From Acidobacteriota bacterium (GTDB taxonomy: Bacteria > Acidobacteriota > UBA890 > WLXD01): 64,000 nucleotides of DNA. The translations under genes and the position numbers were made by a program. Below, piece by piece: positions 39,069 through 49,832 of this stretch; the stretch's first letter is position 1, and every line of letters begins with the position of its first letter. The notes under the pieces are model-generated. The model saw only the letters and a list, made by a program, of their open reading frames with translations. It did no database searches and had not been told where the DNA came from. The DNA is taken from positions 672,001 through 736,000 of the forward strand of contig CBDFKD010000002.1 of assembly GCA_965248695.1 (NCBI GenBank), read 5' to 3'.

Positions 39069-39321
39069 GACGGCTGCCGACCAGCTTCATCACCTGCGCC
39101 GCCAGCACCAAGCGCTGGGTTTCTTCCCCTTCGAGATCCAGCGCCTCGCTAATATCCTCTGCCACTTGCAGAGAGGGCATGGCCGTCCCGCCCTCGATGC
39201 GGGATAGATAGGACGCGGTCTTGCCAATGCGCTCGGCGAGCTGTCGTTGATCTAGCCCCGCCGCCTGGCGCGCGGATGTTATGTGTTGCCCGAGTGATCG
39301 GAGTAGTGCTCGTTCAGCCAT
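38935..39321 (-). CDS. XRE-family HTH regulator
   Basis: ARQAAGLDQRQLAERIGKTASYLSRIEGG..PS. Confidence 0.8.
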   Translation of the reverse strand: MAERALLRSLGQHITSARQAAGLDQRQLAERIGKTASYLSRIEGGTAMPSLQVAEDISEALDLEGEETQRLVLAAQVMKLVGSRLSLAELKKALAFLASEDSPLDRALSWTVADLERQAESTRRSHEP

Positions 39322-39543
39322 AACCTCGCCATCGTTTGGTGAGAGCGGCTCTGCAAGCGTCCCTCCCGAGCCAAAAAGCGGGCGCCCAGATTCGGTCAAG
39401 AACTTACCAAACTTCAATTACGTGCGTACGTAGGCACGAAGGTATTACATGCCTGTGTAAGTAAGGTCGTTTTTGATATATCTATTATCGGACATCACAG
39501 GTCACCACCGGACACTAAAAACTAGAGTTGAGGACGGATAGAC

Positions 39544-39918
39544 ATGGTGAACAAAAAGAAGCTCCTGGGCATTTTCTCGGTTAGTTTCGGCCTTGTTGTC
39601 GCCCTGTGTTGGATAGCTATAGCTGCCCTTACCGTACAAAACACAATCGCGGTGCCGGTGATGATCGAATCCCTTGAAGAACGCGCAACACGCATGTGTC
39701 GCGGCGCTGTGGTCAGCCACCTGGCACGCTCCGTCGCCCCGGAGGTGCCAAACGGCCAACTGCGCTTTCTTCCGGGTTTCGGGCTGGAAGTGCGGGGGCA
39801 GTTGGCCGCGACGAACTCGCTCGGAGAGTCGGTAGAGACGAGCTACGTGTGCCGGATCCGCAAGGACGCCGAGTCGCTTGTTCTACAGGAAGTGGAGATA
39901 ACGGAGCATTCGCTATGA
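39544..39918 (+). CDS. Hypothetical membrane-anchored protein
   Basis: N-terminal TM helix and two Cys residues. Confidence 0.55.
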   Translation: MVNKKKLLGIFSVSFGLVVALCWIAIAALTVQNTIAVPVMIESLEERATRMCRGAVVSHLARSVAPEVPNGQLRFLPGFGLEVRGQLAATNSLGESVETSYVCRIRKDAESLVLQEVEITEHSL

Positions 39919-39970
39919 GCGCGGCAGTGCGCCGGTCCCGGTACCGTGAATGCCAGCAAGGAGGCACGGG

Positions 39971-40357
39971 ATGAGTATCTGCACGAGCCTGGCGGTTCGA
40001 CGCGCCTATCCCAGGATGGAAGTGCAAGTGCCCATCTGGATCGAGTCGGCCGACGACGATGAACCGATCTCCGGACTGACCCTGAACCTGTCCCGCAGCG
40101 GGGCTCTTGTGCGGTTGCAGCGTCCGGTGGTGATCGGGGCGCGCTACCTTATCCGAATCCTCGCGGCTCAACCACTCTGCCAGCCACACAGCACCGCTTG
40201 TCGGCGCTGTGGCGCGGTGCCCGTCCCGGACGTGTTGCCGGAGCAGTCTCGCTGGGCTGTCGCCCTCAGGCAGAGCGCCGGGGCAAACACGTACGCCGCC
40301 GCATTCGAGTTCGAGGCCCTGCTGGACCTGTTCGAAGAAAGGCAAAAGGCCGCCTAG
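39971..40357 (+). CDS. PilZ domain protein
   Basis: RRAYPR (RxxxR) and NLSRSG motifs, with a GGAGG RBS. Confidence 0.8.
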   Translation: MSICTSLAVRRAYPRMEVQVPIWIESADDDEPISGLTLNLSRSGALVRLQRPVVIGARYLIRILAAQPLCQPHSTACRRCGAVPVPDVLPEQSRWAVALRQSAGANTYAAAFEFEALLDLFEERQKAA

Positions 40358-40413
40358 CCAGGGCCGACCTCATCGAACCGACGCCGGGCTACCGGGGGTC
40401 CCCCGGGGCGACG

Positions 40414-43245
40414 CTACTTCTGCGCCTCGATCTCGCGCTCCAGCAGCGGCTTTCCATGAGTGATCCAGTCGGGTGCCTCCTCTCCCTTGAGGAAGTGCCC
40501 GAACCAGGTGAGCACGCGGTGGTGGTAGTCGATCTGGTTGTTCTTCTGGCGGGCGCCGTGGTCCTCGCCCGGATACACCAGCATCACCAGAAACTTACCG
40601 GCACGCCGGGCGTAGTTGTACATCTCGACGCCCTGGTGCCAGTCGACCACACCATCCTCATCACCGAAGAAAATCATCATCGGCGTCTCGAGATCGGTGA
40701 TGTGCATGATCGGCGATTCGCGCACATAGGCTTCGAGGTCCTCCCAGTAGGGGACCTCCATACGCGCCTGTCCGGTCTCGAAATGATCGGTCTCCGGTAA
40801 GCCCGGATTCCAGTGCACGGTGCCGAACATGGAGAACAGATTCGTCAGCGGGGCGCCGGCGATCGATGCAGCGAACACCTCGGTCTGCGTCGGCACATAG
40901 CTGGCCTCGTACCCGCCCCAGGAATGGCCCACCAACCCGACTCGGTCGGCGTCGATTCTCCCGCTGGCAACCACCGCGGCCACGGCGGGGACGATGCACT
41001 CCACCGCAGACGTTCCTGGCAACCGGTTGCGGTACACGATGTCCGGCTGCAGTACGAAGTACCCCTGAGCCGTAAACACCGCCGGGTTGTACGGGCTGCG
41101 CTCGGAAGGCAGCGAGTAGCTGTGCACCGTCTGTGAGAGGCGCTCGTAGACGTACACGATCATCGGATACGTCTTGGCGGGATCGTAGTTGGCAGGATAA
41201 AAGAGCGCGCCCTGCAGATCGCGGCCCCAGGCACTGGTGTATTGCACTAGCTCCGACCGACCCCAGGAGTAGTCCGACTGGAACGCGTTGGTAGCCGTGC
41301 GCTGGCGTGCGGAGCCCAGATCAATGCCCCCAACGAACACATCGGGCGAGTCATCGAAGCCCTGGACGACATACGAGTACGTTTCCGCGTCCGGCGCCTT
41401 GGCCAACCGACCGACGTTCTTGTCGAGCCAGACCAGACGCTCGGGACCCACACCCGCTCCGGCGTTCGCAGCCGCCATCGCGGTCGAAGCGAATCCATAT
41501 TTCTTGCTGCGCTAGCCGTACAGCTGCAACCAGATGCGCTTGGGATCGACTCCGCGCTCCTCAGACTCGAGGTCGATCACTCGATGCCGCACGAGATCCT
41601 CGTCGCCGTTTGTCAGCTTTGCCCCACCCCCTCCACCGGGACTGACAGCCCAAACGTCATACTCGCCGTACAGCAGCACCGCGCTGTCGTCGGCGAGCCA
41701 CCCCCCGACACCCCATGGGGGCTGCTGAGTGCGCACCGGAGTGTCGTAGTCGTGGTTGACGAACGCGCCCGGCAGCCCGGCGGTGAGGTTGCGATGCGTA
41801 TCGGTATCGATCTCGTACGCCCAGAAATGATCGGCCTTGAAGTACAGCAGGTACCTGCCGCCCGCGCTGTCGCCATAGAAGAACCCGACGTCCTGAATCA
41901 CTCGCCGCCGAGCGCCGCTTCCGATCTCGATCAGCCAGATATCGTTCCAGTCGCGATCGAACATGTTGCGGAAGCGATACGCGTCGCGATCGGTCTCCGT
42001 CGCGACCCGGTGACCCTCGACCACCGCAAGAACTTCGCTCAGGTCGCTGCCGAGACGCACAAATCCACCTTCGGCAAGATTCCACGCCGCCCGGTATCCG
42101 GCCTGCTCGTTGCGCTCGCGGCGGACCCGCTGCATCGGGATGACCTGCTCGTCGAACGAGTGCCAGACCTCGACCGCGGACGGCTCGATCTTCTCTTCCG
42201 GCTCGGCACCGTCCTTCCCCTCCTCGCTATCCTCCACGTCATCGCCGGGGGCCGCGTGCCATTCCTGGATGGCGAAGAAGACCGTGGTTCCGTCATCGGA
42301 CCATGCCGGCCGCTCGTGCGGCGACACCCGCATACCTGCAACGAACTCCCCGGCTTCTGCCGGGTCGTACAGCAGACGATTCGGCGCCGCATCGAGATCG
42401 CGCCACGCAACGATTGCGTGAGTAGGGCCGTCGAACCCCTCGCGGTGAATCGACTGCAGAAACGCCAGATCCGCCGAATCGTCACGCCAGGCGAGCCCGA
42501 GGAACGTAGTTCCCGATTGCGCTGCCGAGCCCAGCACGCGAAGTCTCCCCGACGCGGCGTCGTAGAGCTGAACTCCGTTGCCCACTCCATCCTGTGTCTC
42601 GATCGCCACCGCCAGCAGGTTGCCGTCCGGCTGCCATAGATACTCGGCGACGTTGCCAATGGTGAACTCTCCCCCGGCCGCCAGGTCGCGCACCACGAGA
42701 TCGGCACCGCGACGCTCGGCGACCGAGTCATCGTCGCTGGCGAGTGCATAGCGATGCAGTGCGACATAGGCACCGCCGCCGCCGAAAGCGAAGCTCGACA
42801 CGCCGGAGGTCGTCTCTACCTCCCCGTTAGCCAGGTGCAATAGCCCGACCCCGTCGTGAACCGGCTCACCATCCTCGAGCAGGTCCTTCCGCTCCGCCTC
42901 CGACTGTCCGATGCGATAGGCCAGCCAGGCTGAATCTTTGGAGAACTCCGGCTCCCGGCCCTCGTCGGCGACAATCGGCGGGCCATCCGTGTCGACCGAG
43001 AACGTGCGCAACTCGGCCGTGCCATCGACCCGCGAGACAGGCACCGCCAGCCATCGGCCATCCGGTGACAGCGGGGTGCGGAATTCCAAGCGCTCGAACT
43101 GGCCGTAATCCGCCGGACGTACCGGTGGCCTCGGAGCCTGCGCCTCAGCGGTCAGCGCACCGATCGCTGACATCACTACGAGCGCAGCCAGGACTGGTCG
43201 GGATCGTGAGCAAATGCACCGCCGCCGCGAGTCGTCCTGTCGCAT
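40414..43245 (-). pseudogene. Secreted S9 prolyl oligopeptidase family protein with in-frame TAG at 41512-41514
   Basis: ORFs 41512-43245 and 40414-41478 share a frame. GHSWGG, D and H triad in the C-terminal part and a propeller in the N-terminal part. Confidence 0.85.
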
Positions 43246-43257
43246 GTTGATCCCCGT

Positions 43258-44043
43258 TTATTCGAGTAACTCGTACGAATCGAGTTGCCAGCCGCTCGCC
43301 AGCGCGCGGCCTCGCTGATAGCTAAGCATGCGGATCTTGTAAGGCGGCTCGGCGCTCAGCCAGTAGTCCCGCATGCGGCCATCGTTGAACCGCAAACGCA
43401 CTACGGTGGTTTCGAAGTCGCCGGCGGCGAGCTCCAATGTGGTGGCGCCTAGCACTCGGAACTGCACCCAGAGCTCCTCGGGGGCGACCATGTTGTTCCA
43501 CGCCAGGCGACCGATCGACCCGGGCACCAGCCGCAGCGCCGCCAGCGGCAACTCGAGCACTGACGCTTCGAACGGTCGCAACTGATACTCCAGGTCGTGC
43601 CGCGTGGAGATTCCAGCGCTGTCGCGAACCGTCGCCTGGATTCGATTGCCAACGAAGATGAAGCTCTGTCCGCCCCCCTGCGGGAATGAGAACGAGCGCC
43701 GCACCGGCGCCAGCGTGGTCGCTTCGAGCACCATGTTGTCTTCGACGCCGCTGCTCGAAAGCGACAGGCTGACATGCAGCCGCTTGTCCGCGTCCGGAAG
43801 CACCGTCATCGTCGCTTCGCCGTCCGCCAGTGGCACTCCCACGATCGAGTCCCAGCGCTCGTAGGTGGCCCGATAGGGCCGGACGAACATCGAGGCCACG
43901 CGGTCGTCGCCGGCGCCGATCAGCACCGCATCGTCGGGCACCGGCACGAACTGAGGCAACCCGCTGAGAGCAGCGAACAGGATGCCAATGCCCAGAGCAA
44001 TGACCACCAGAAGCATGGAGAAGCGAATCAGGGTGCGTTTCAT
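43258..44043 (-). CDS. Hypothetical exported protein (DUF3108-like beta fold, tentative)
   Basis: Signal anchor and LAAGDFET...YWLS motif. Confidence 0.55.
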   Translation of the reverse strand: MKRTLIRFSMLLVVIALGIGILFAALSGLPQFVPVPDDAVLIGAGDDRVASMFVRPYRATYERWDSIVGVPLADGEATMTVLPDADKRLHVSLSLSSSGVEDNMVLEATTLAPVRRSFSFPQGGGQSFIFVGNRIQATVRDSAGISTRHDLEYQLRPFEASVLELPLAALRLVPGSIGRLAWNNMVAPEELWVQFRVLGATTLELAAGDFETTVVRLRFNDGRMRDYWLSAEPPYKIRMLSYQRGRALASGWQLDSYELLE

Positions 44044-44083
44044 TCGGAAATTCTCGGTGGAGTAGAGGGCGCAGTAGAGGCCA

Positions 44084-44195
44084 ATCTTGCTACGCGGTCA
44101 TTGTCGGAGATAGCTGGGTGGTGTTGCCGCTGGGGTGAGGCAGAGGTCCATCTTGCTACGCGGTCGCCGCCGGGAGCTCACCGGGCGATCTTGCT
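44084..44195. repeat. Direct repeats ATCTTGCTACGCGGTC (x2) plus partial ATCTTGCT
   Basis: Copies at 44084-44099, 44150-44165 and 44188-44195. Confidence 0.8.
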
Positions 44196-44308
44196 CTCGC
44201 GTGAGCACCTTCGGTAAGTGACCGCCGTGCACGCGATGCGTTGCCAGATGGACCTCTGCCTCACCCCCTCGAACCACCGAGCTATTTCAAGGCTCTTTCT
44301 CTGGATTG

Positions 44309-44323
44309 ACAGACATTTGTCTG
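44309..44323. promoter_or_regulatory. Candidate LexA operator upstream of dnaE2
   Basis: ACAGACATTTGTCTG overlapping TTGACA (44306-44311), identical to the lexA site. Confidence 0.8.
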
Positions 44324-44411
44324 GTTTAATGGGCCGCTTCCTCGAGAGCCGAAAACGAAGCGGGAGTTTTAGGCTTCGATCGGATCCGCTCCTCTCACAG
44401 CCCACCCCCTA

Positions 44412-47400
44412 ATGTCTGCATCGGCCTATTTCGGTGACTCGCTCGCTTATGTACCGCTCTGGTGCAAGAGCAATTTCTCCTTTCTCGAGGGGGCCAGTGA
44501 CCCAGCCGAGATGGTGGAGGAGGCCCGACATCTTGGACTGCGATCGATCGCAGTCACCGATCGCGATGGGGTACACGGAATCGTGCAGGCGCATGTGCGT
44601 GCACGCGAGCTCGGCATTCACCTGATCGTCGGCTCACAGATCACGCTGGTCGACAACTCGGTGTTGATACTGCTCGCCACCAGCCGCGAAGGCTACGCCA
44701 ACCTGTGCCGGCTGATAACCAAGGGACGGCTGCGATGCGCCAAGGGAGAGAGCCGAGTCACCTGGTTCGAGGTTGCTGAGCACGCCAACGGTCTGATCGC
44801 CCTCTGGGGTGGGGAGCGCAGCCTGTTGGCGCAACCGATCGACGCTGACGGGCTGATTCCCAGCATGCTCATCGATCCTCACTCCTGCGATGCAGCATAC
44901 GCGCCGGGGGTCGAATTCGACGCCGGCGGCCCGACGGATGCCGCCAGAAAAACCCCGCGAGCGTCCCCTGACGGGGGCCTTTCTGGCAGCCGAGGCGAGC
45001 TCCTGGAGTTTCCGCTGCAGCGTGCCAGCGACATGGCCGCCGCCAAGGTTATCGACCTTTTCGAGTTCAGCGCCGCGCGCGAGCCCCGCACGCTCGACGA
45101 AACCGCCGATCTGCTGCGCGAGGCGTTCGGTCCGCGACTGTTTGCGTTGCTCACCCGGCACCAACGCACCGACGAGCCGGCGATGGAACGTCGTGTTCGT
45201 GCTCATGCGACGCGTTATGAGCTATCGCTGGTGGCGGGCTCCGAGGTTCTCTACCACGTGCCCGGGCGTCGTGACCTGCACGACGTGCTCAACTGCATAC
45301 GACACGGTGTGAAGATCGGCAGCGCCGGGCGCTGCATCAAGGGCAACGCCAAGCACGAGCTGCACTCGCCACAGAGCTTCATTGCGCTGTACGCCGACGA
45401 CCTGCTGGCGATCGCCCGCACGCGCGAGATCGCCGAGCTGTGCGGCTTCTCGATGGACGAGCTCCGCTATCGCTACCCCTCGGAAAAGCTGCCCGACGGC
45501 ACCACATCGATGCAGCACCTGCGCCAGCTCACATGGGAAGGCGCTCGCAAGCGGTATCGCGACACCATCGGTCCTCGCGGTGAGCGTGGCTACATTCCAC
45601 CGGAGATGCGCGCTCAGATCGACAAGGAGCTGGCGGTCATCGACGACCTCGACTACCCGGGCTACTTCCTCACCATGCGCGAGATCGTTCGCTTCTGTCA
45701 GGAGCGCGGCATCCTCTGTCAGGGGCGGGGATCCGCAGCAAATTCGATCGTCTGTTTTTGCCTCGAGGTCACCGCCGTCGACCCGGTGCGCATGGATCTG
45801 CTGTTCGAGCGCTTCATCTCCAAGGAGCGCGCCGAGCCGCCCGATATCGACCTTGATATCGAGCACGACCGACGGGAAGAGGCAATCCAGCACATGTACG
45901 AGAAATACGGCCGCTCGCATGCTGCCATGGTCGCCAACGTCATCCGCTATCGATCGAAATCAGCAGTGCGCGACGTCGGTAAGGCACTGGGCCTATCGGA
46001 GACATCGCTCGACCGGCTCTCCAAGATGGTCGGACGCTGGGGCGGCATCGACGAGACGTCGTTCCGCCAGGCAGGGCTCGACCCCCACAACCCGACCATC
46101 GGTCATCTGATGCGGCTGGCCAACGAGGCCATTGGCTTCCCGCGCCACCTGTCGATCCACCCTGGCGGCTTCTTGCTCGGTCACGAGCCGGTACACGATC
46201 TGGTGCCGATCGAGAACGGTTCGATGGAGGACCGCACCGTCATCCAGTGGGACAAGGACGACGTCGAGGCCCTCGGCCTCTTCAAGGTCGACCTGCTGGG
46301 GCTCGGTGCGCTTACCCAGCTGCATCACGGCTTCGACCTGCTGCGCAAACACCGCGGCATCGACGCCGACATGACCACTATCCCCCCGGCCGACACGGCC
46401 ACCTTCGATATGTGTTGCCGTGCCGACACCGTGGGTGTGTTCCAGATCGAGAGTCGCGCCCAAATGTCGATGTTGCCGCGTCTCAAGCCGCGCACCTTCT
46501 ACGACCTGGTGGTGGAGATCTCCATCGTGCGTCCTGGCCCCATCACCGGCGGCATGGTGCACCCCTACCTGCGACGCCGCGAGGGCAAGGAAGCCATCGA
46601 CTACCCCCACCCGTGCCTGGAGCCGGTGCTCAAGAAGACCCTAGGCATCCCGCTGTTCCAAGAGCAGGTCATGAAGCTGGCCGTCGTCGCCGCCGACTAC
46701 ACCCCTGGTGAGGCCGACCAGCTACGCCGCGACATGGCCGCCTGGCGCAAGACCGGCCGACTGGATCGTCACCGTGAGCGCCTCATCACGCGAATGATGG
46801 CCAAGGGCATCGAGCAACAGTTTGCCGAGCGCGTCTTCGACCAGATCCGCGGCTTCGGTGATTATGGCTTTCCGGAGTCGCATGCTGCCAGCTTCGCACT
46901 CATCGCCTACGCCACTTCATGGATGAAGTGTCATTACCCGGCGGAGTTCACCTGCTCGTTGCTGAACTCACTCCCGATGGGGTTCTACTCCGCTGCCACT
47001 CTGGTCGACGATGCCAAGCGGCACGATGTCGAGGTGCGGGCGGTAAGTGTTGATGCCCCCTGGTGGGACTGCACACTCGAACCCGCGACACTACCTTCGA
47101 ATCCCGTTTCGGGAGATGACGCCTCCTATTCTCAAGAGACGACCGCCGCGGCGACGGTTTCCTGCCCCACCCCCACGATCTCGGATCGCGACCCCTCACC
47201 AGCACAGTCGCCCGCTCGTGGGCTATCCATTCGTATGGGGCTGCGATACATCAAGGGCATGCGCGCTGACGAGGGAGAGCGCATCGAGGCCGCATACCAA
47301 CAGTGCCCCTTCAGCTCGATTCGCGACTTTACCGAGCGCGTGCGAATTTCCGAGCGGACGCTCAAACGGCTCACCGAGGCAGGCTTCTTCGAGCCCTTCG

Positions 47401-47924
47401 GTCGCTCACGGCGCAGCGCCCTCTGGCAGATGCACGGCATTGTTGCCGAGAGCAAGGTCCCGGAGCTCGACATCGCCACAGATGCGAACCCGAGCTTCGC
47501 CGACCTGTCGGCTTTCGAGCAGATCGCCTGGGATTACCGCACCTCCGACCACTCCACTCGCGGCCACATCCTCGAGCCGCTGCGCGCCGAGCTGGCCAAG
47601 TTCGGGCTTCCCGACGCCCAAACTGTTTGCCGCATGCGCGATGGTGCACACGCCCGTTACGCTGGCATCGTTATTTGTCGTCAGCGCCCAGGAACCGCCG
47701 CCGGCGTGCTCTTCATGACTCTCGAAGACGAAACTGGCTTCGTGAACCTGGTGGTCTGGCCTCAGGTGTTCGAGAAGTTCAGCGTCATCAGTCGCACCAC
47801 CTCGTTCCTCGGCGCCACCGGCAAGATACAGTCACATAACTCGGTCGTACATCTGGTGGTCGACAAGCTCTGGCACCCAGATATCCCGCTCGAGACCACT
47901 CGTAGAAGTCGTGACTTCCATTGA
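44412..47924 (+). CDS. dnaE2: Error-prone DNA polymerase DnaE2 (ImuC)
   Basis: [35 protein letters not shown] and C-terminal SRDFH motifs. Confidence 0.96.
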   Translation: MSASAYFGDSLAYVPLWCKSNFSFLEGASDPAEMVEEARHLGLRSIAVTDRDGVHGIVQAHVRARELGIHLIVGSQITLVDNSVLILLATSREGYANLCRLITKGRLRCAKGESRVTWFEVAEHANGLIALWGGERSLLAQPIDADGLIPSMLIDPHSCDAAYAPGVEFDAGGPTDAARKTPRASPDGGLSGSRGELLEFPLQRASDMAAAKVIDLFEFSAAREPRTLDETADLLREAFGPRLFALLTRHQRTDEPAMERRVRAHATRYELSLVAGSEVLYHVPGRRDLHDVLNCIRHGVKIGSAGRCIKGNAKHELHSPQSFIALYADDLLAIARTREIAELCGFSMDELRYRYPSEKLPDGTTSMQHLRQLTWEGARKRYRDTIGPRGERGYIPPEMRAQIDKELAVIDDLDYPGYFLTMREIVRFCQERGILCQGRGSAANSIVCFCLEVTAVDPVRMDLLFERFISKERAEPPDIDLDIEHDRREEAIQHMYEKYGRSHAAMVANVIRYRSKSAVRDVGKALGLSETSLDRLSKMVGRWGGIDETSFRQAGLDPHNPTIGHLMRLANEAIGFPRHLSIHPGGFLLGHEPVHDLVPIENGSMEDRTVIQWDKDDVEALGLFKVDLLGLGALTQLHHGFDLLRKHRGIDADMTTIPPADTATFDMCCRADTVGVFQIESRAQMSMLPRLKPRTFYDLVVEISIVRPGPITGGMVHPYLRRREGKEAIDYPHPCLEPVLKKTLGIPLFQEQVMKLAVVAADYTPGEADQLRRDMAAWRKTGRLDRHRERLITRMMAKGIEQQFAERVFDQIRGFGDYGFPESHAASFALIAYATSWMKCHYPAEFTCSLLNSLPMGFYSAATLVDDAKRHDVEVRAVSVDAPWWDCTLEPATLPSNPVSGDDASYSQETTAAATVSCPTPTISDRDPSPAQSPARGLSIRMGLRYIKGMRADEGERIEAAYQQCPFSSIRDFTERVRISERTLKRLTEAGFFEPFGRSRRSALWQMHGIVAESKVPELDIATDANPSFADLSAFEQIAWDYRTSDHSTRGHILEPLRAELAKFGLPDAQTVCRMRDGAHARYAGIVICRQRPGTAAGVLFMTLEDETGFVNLVVWPQVFEKFSVISRTTSFLGATGKIQSHNSVVHLVVDKLWHPDIPLETTRRSRDFH

Positions 47925-47963
47925 CCCCGGATCCAACTCCCAACCGAGTCTGACTCACCGACC

Positions 47964-48362
47964 ATGATCTACCGCATTACGCTCGAATCGGACTTTCGTG
48001 CCCAGCTCAGCGACACCGTCTACCTCCCGCCGGACCTTGCCGATGAAGGCTTCGTTCACTGTGCGCTCGAGCCTTCGGTCATCCCGGTCGCCAACGACTA
48101 CTACGCAGATGCCTCCGGTCCGTTGCTTGTTGTGGAGATCGACCCCGGCAAGCTGACTTCCGAGACCCGTTACGAGGCACCCGCACCGACCGCCGGAGGT
48201 GGCTCCTCTCACCTGGTCAGCGCGACGCAGTTTCCGCACGTTTATGGGCCGATCAACCCGGGCGCAATCACTCGTGTCGGTGTGCTCGGACGCACCGCGA
48301 ATGGGTACGCGTGGCCGCGTAGTTTCTTGACCTTGGGTTCATTCCTGACCGCCGATCCTTAG
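47964..48362 (+). CDS. DUF952 domain protein
   Basis: EGFVHC and FPHVYGPIN motifs. Confidence 0.85.
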   Translation: MIYRITLESDFRAQLSDTVYLPPDLADEGFVHCALEPSVIPVANDYYADASGPLLVVEIDPGKLTSETRYEAPAPTAGGGSSHLVSATQFPHVYGPINPGAITRVGVLGRTANGYAWPRSFLTLGSFLTADP

Positions 48363-48416
48363 ACTCTGACCAGGCTTCGACAACTACACTTTGAGCACCA
48401 CCACCCGAGGCGAGTC

Positions 48417-48881
48417 ATGACCACGATGCTCTTCGACGTGGCCGGCCTGGCGATCGTCGGCTGGGCACTGATGATCCTGTTGCCCGGATGGAGCGTGACC
48501 AAGCGCCTCGTGGGATGGACCGCGTTCCCGGTTGCGGTATCCGCCCTCTACACGATCGGGGTGATTGCGATGCTCTACCAGACCGGACTCGGCGTCATGG
48601 CAGATTTCGGCAGTGCGGAAGGCGTAATCGGCCTCCTGGCAAGGCCTGACATCGCCCTTGTCGCCTGGATCCACATACTGGCTTTCGATCACCTGGTCGC
48701 CGTCATCATCTTTCGTGACAACATGCGCCACAATGTGGTCCCGTTGCCGGTTCAATCGATCCTCTTGTTCCTGACGCTCATGCTCGGACCGGCCGGGTTC
48801 CTGACCTACTGGACCATCCGGGTCACCCGGGGCCGAGGCGGCGAGCTCGGTGGCGCGGCACACATACCGGAGACGGGATGA
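48417..48881 (+). CDS. ABA4-like (DUF4281) membrane protein
   Basis: WIHILAFD and LTLMLGPAG motifs. Confidence 0.8.
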   Translation: MTTMLFDVAGLAIVGWALMILLPGWSVTKRLVGWTAFPVAVSALYTIGVIAMLYQTGLGVMADFGSAEGVIGLLARPDIALVAWIHILAFDHLVAVIIFRDNMRHNVVPLPVQSILLFLTLMLGPAGFLTYWTIRVTRGRGGELGGAAHIPETG

Positions 48882-49726
48882 CCAAACCGGATGAAGTCTG
48901 GAGCACCCTGCTGACACAGCTCGGAAGGGAGCCCCGAGTGGCGTGGCTCGGCCTGCTCGGGGTCGCCCTCGGGGCGGTCTGTGCTTTGATCGGATTCGCA
49001 CGAGACTTCGGCGTGGCGCCCGAAGGAAACCTCTGGGAGACGGCTATCTTCAACGGATCGGTTGGCGTCTTCCTGCTGACCCAGGCGCTGCTGGCGCCGG
49101 AAGCCGGGTTCACGCGAAGGGCCCAGAGGCGGTGGGGAACAGCGCTCATCGTAGTGGTCGTGTACGCCTACGGAATCGAGACGGTTCAGGCGTTTCGCGG
49201 CTTGGACCCACGGTTCTCGATGTTCGGCGGAGCTACGGATCAGATACTGGGTGGGGTCTTCTTTCTGGACGCCATCGTCATCATGGTGCTGTTCCTCGTA
49301 CTCGCCTGGCGGTTCTTCCGATCCGAGGCGACCCCGCTGGGGCTGGCCGTCCGCTACGCTACCGTCGCCTGCTCGGTGGCGTTTGCCATAGGAATCTGGA
49401 TGAGCGTTTTCCTTAGCCGCATGGTTGGCGCCGAAGGCAACCTCTTGCCGCTCCACGCGGCCGGATTCCACGGGCTCCAGGCCGTCCCTCTGGTAGCCCT
49501 CCTGCTCGTATGGGGCAGAGTAGGGCAGGATGGCGCAAGACGCTGGGTTCACATCGCCGGGATCGCCTGGTCGGGATTCTGTGGGGCGATACTGTGGCAG
49601 GCTGCGGCGGGCCAAGGCCCGGCGGAGCTTTCGCTTGCCATGCTGGCCACCCTGGTCTTCTTCGCCGGCTGGGGTGTGGCGGCCTGCGTCGCCCTCCGGG
49701 CTTGGATCCAACCCGCGCCGACCTGA
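48878..49726 (+). CDS. Multi-pass membrane protein
   Basis: QAFRG..PRF and HAAGFHGLQ motifs. ATGA overlap with the ABA4-like gene. Confidence 0.75.
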   Translation: MTKPDEVWSTLLTQLGREPRVAWLGLLGVALGAVCALIGFARDFGVAPEGNLWETAIFNGSVGVFLLTQALLAPEAGFTRRAQRRWGTALIVVVVYAYGIETVQAFRGLDPRFSMFGGATDQILGGVFFLDAIVIMVLFLVLAWRFFRSEATPLGLAVRYATVACSVAFAIGIWMSVFLSRMVGAEGNLLPLHAAGFHGLQAVPLVALLLVWGRVGQDGARRWVHIAGIAWSGFCGAILWQAAAGQGPAELSLAMLATLVFFAGWGVAACVALRAWIQPAPT

Positions 49727-49832
49727 GGCGTGCCGGCAACTCGAGCTCAACTCGCTGCAGCGATTCGGCGTGAGCTGACTAGAGGATAGAGCGCGATGGG
49801 GGATCCCGGCGCAACTGCTAGGCTGGGCCAAC

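Noticed and set aside
41512-41514. Pyrrolysine or amber recoding
   Set aside because: TAG is used as a normal stop by many genes here, there are no pyl genes in the window, and the position is not catalytic.
44084-44195. Mini-CRISPR (66-bp spacing)
   Set aside because: There are only two 16-bp copies plus a partial one at irregular spacing, and no cas genes.
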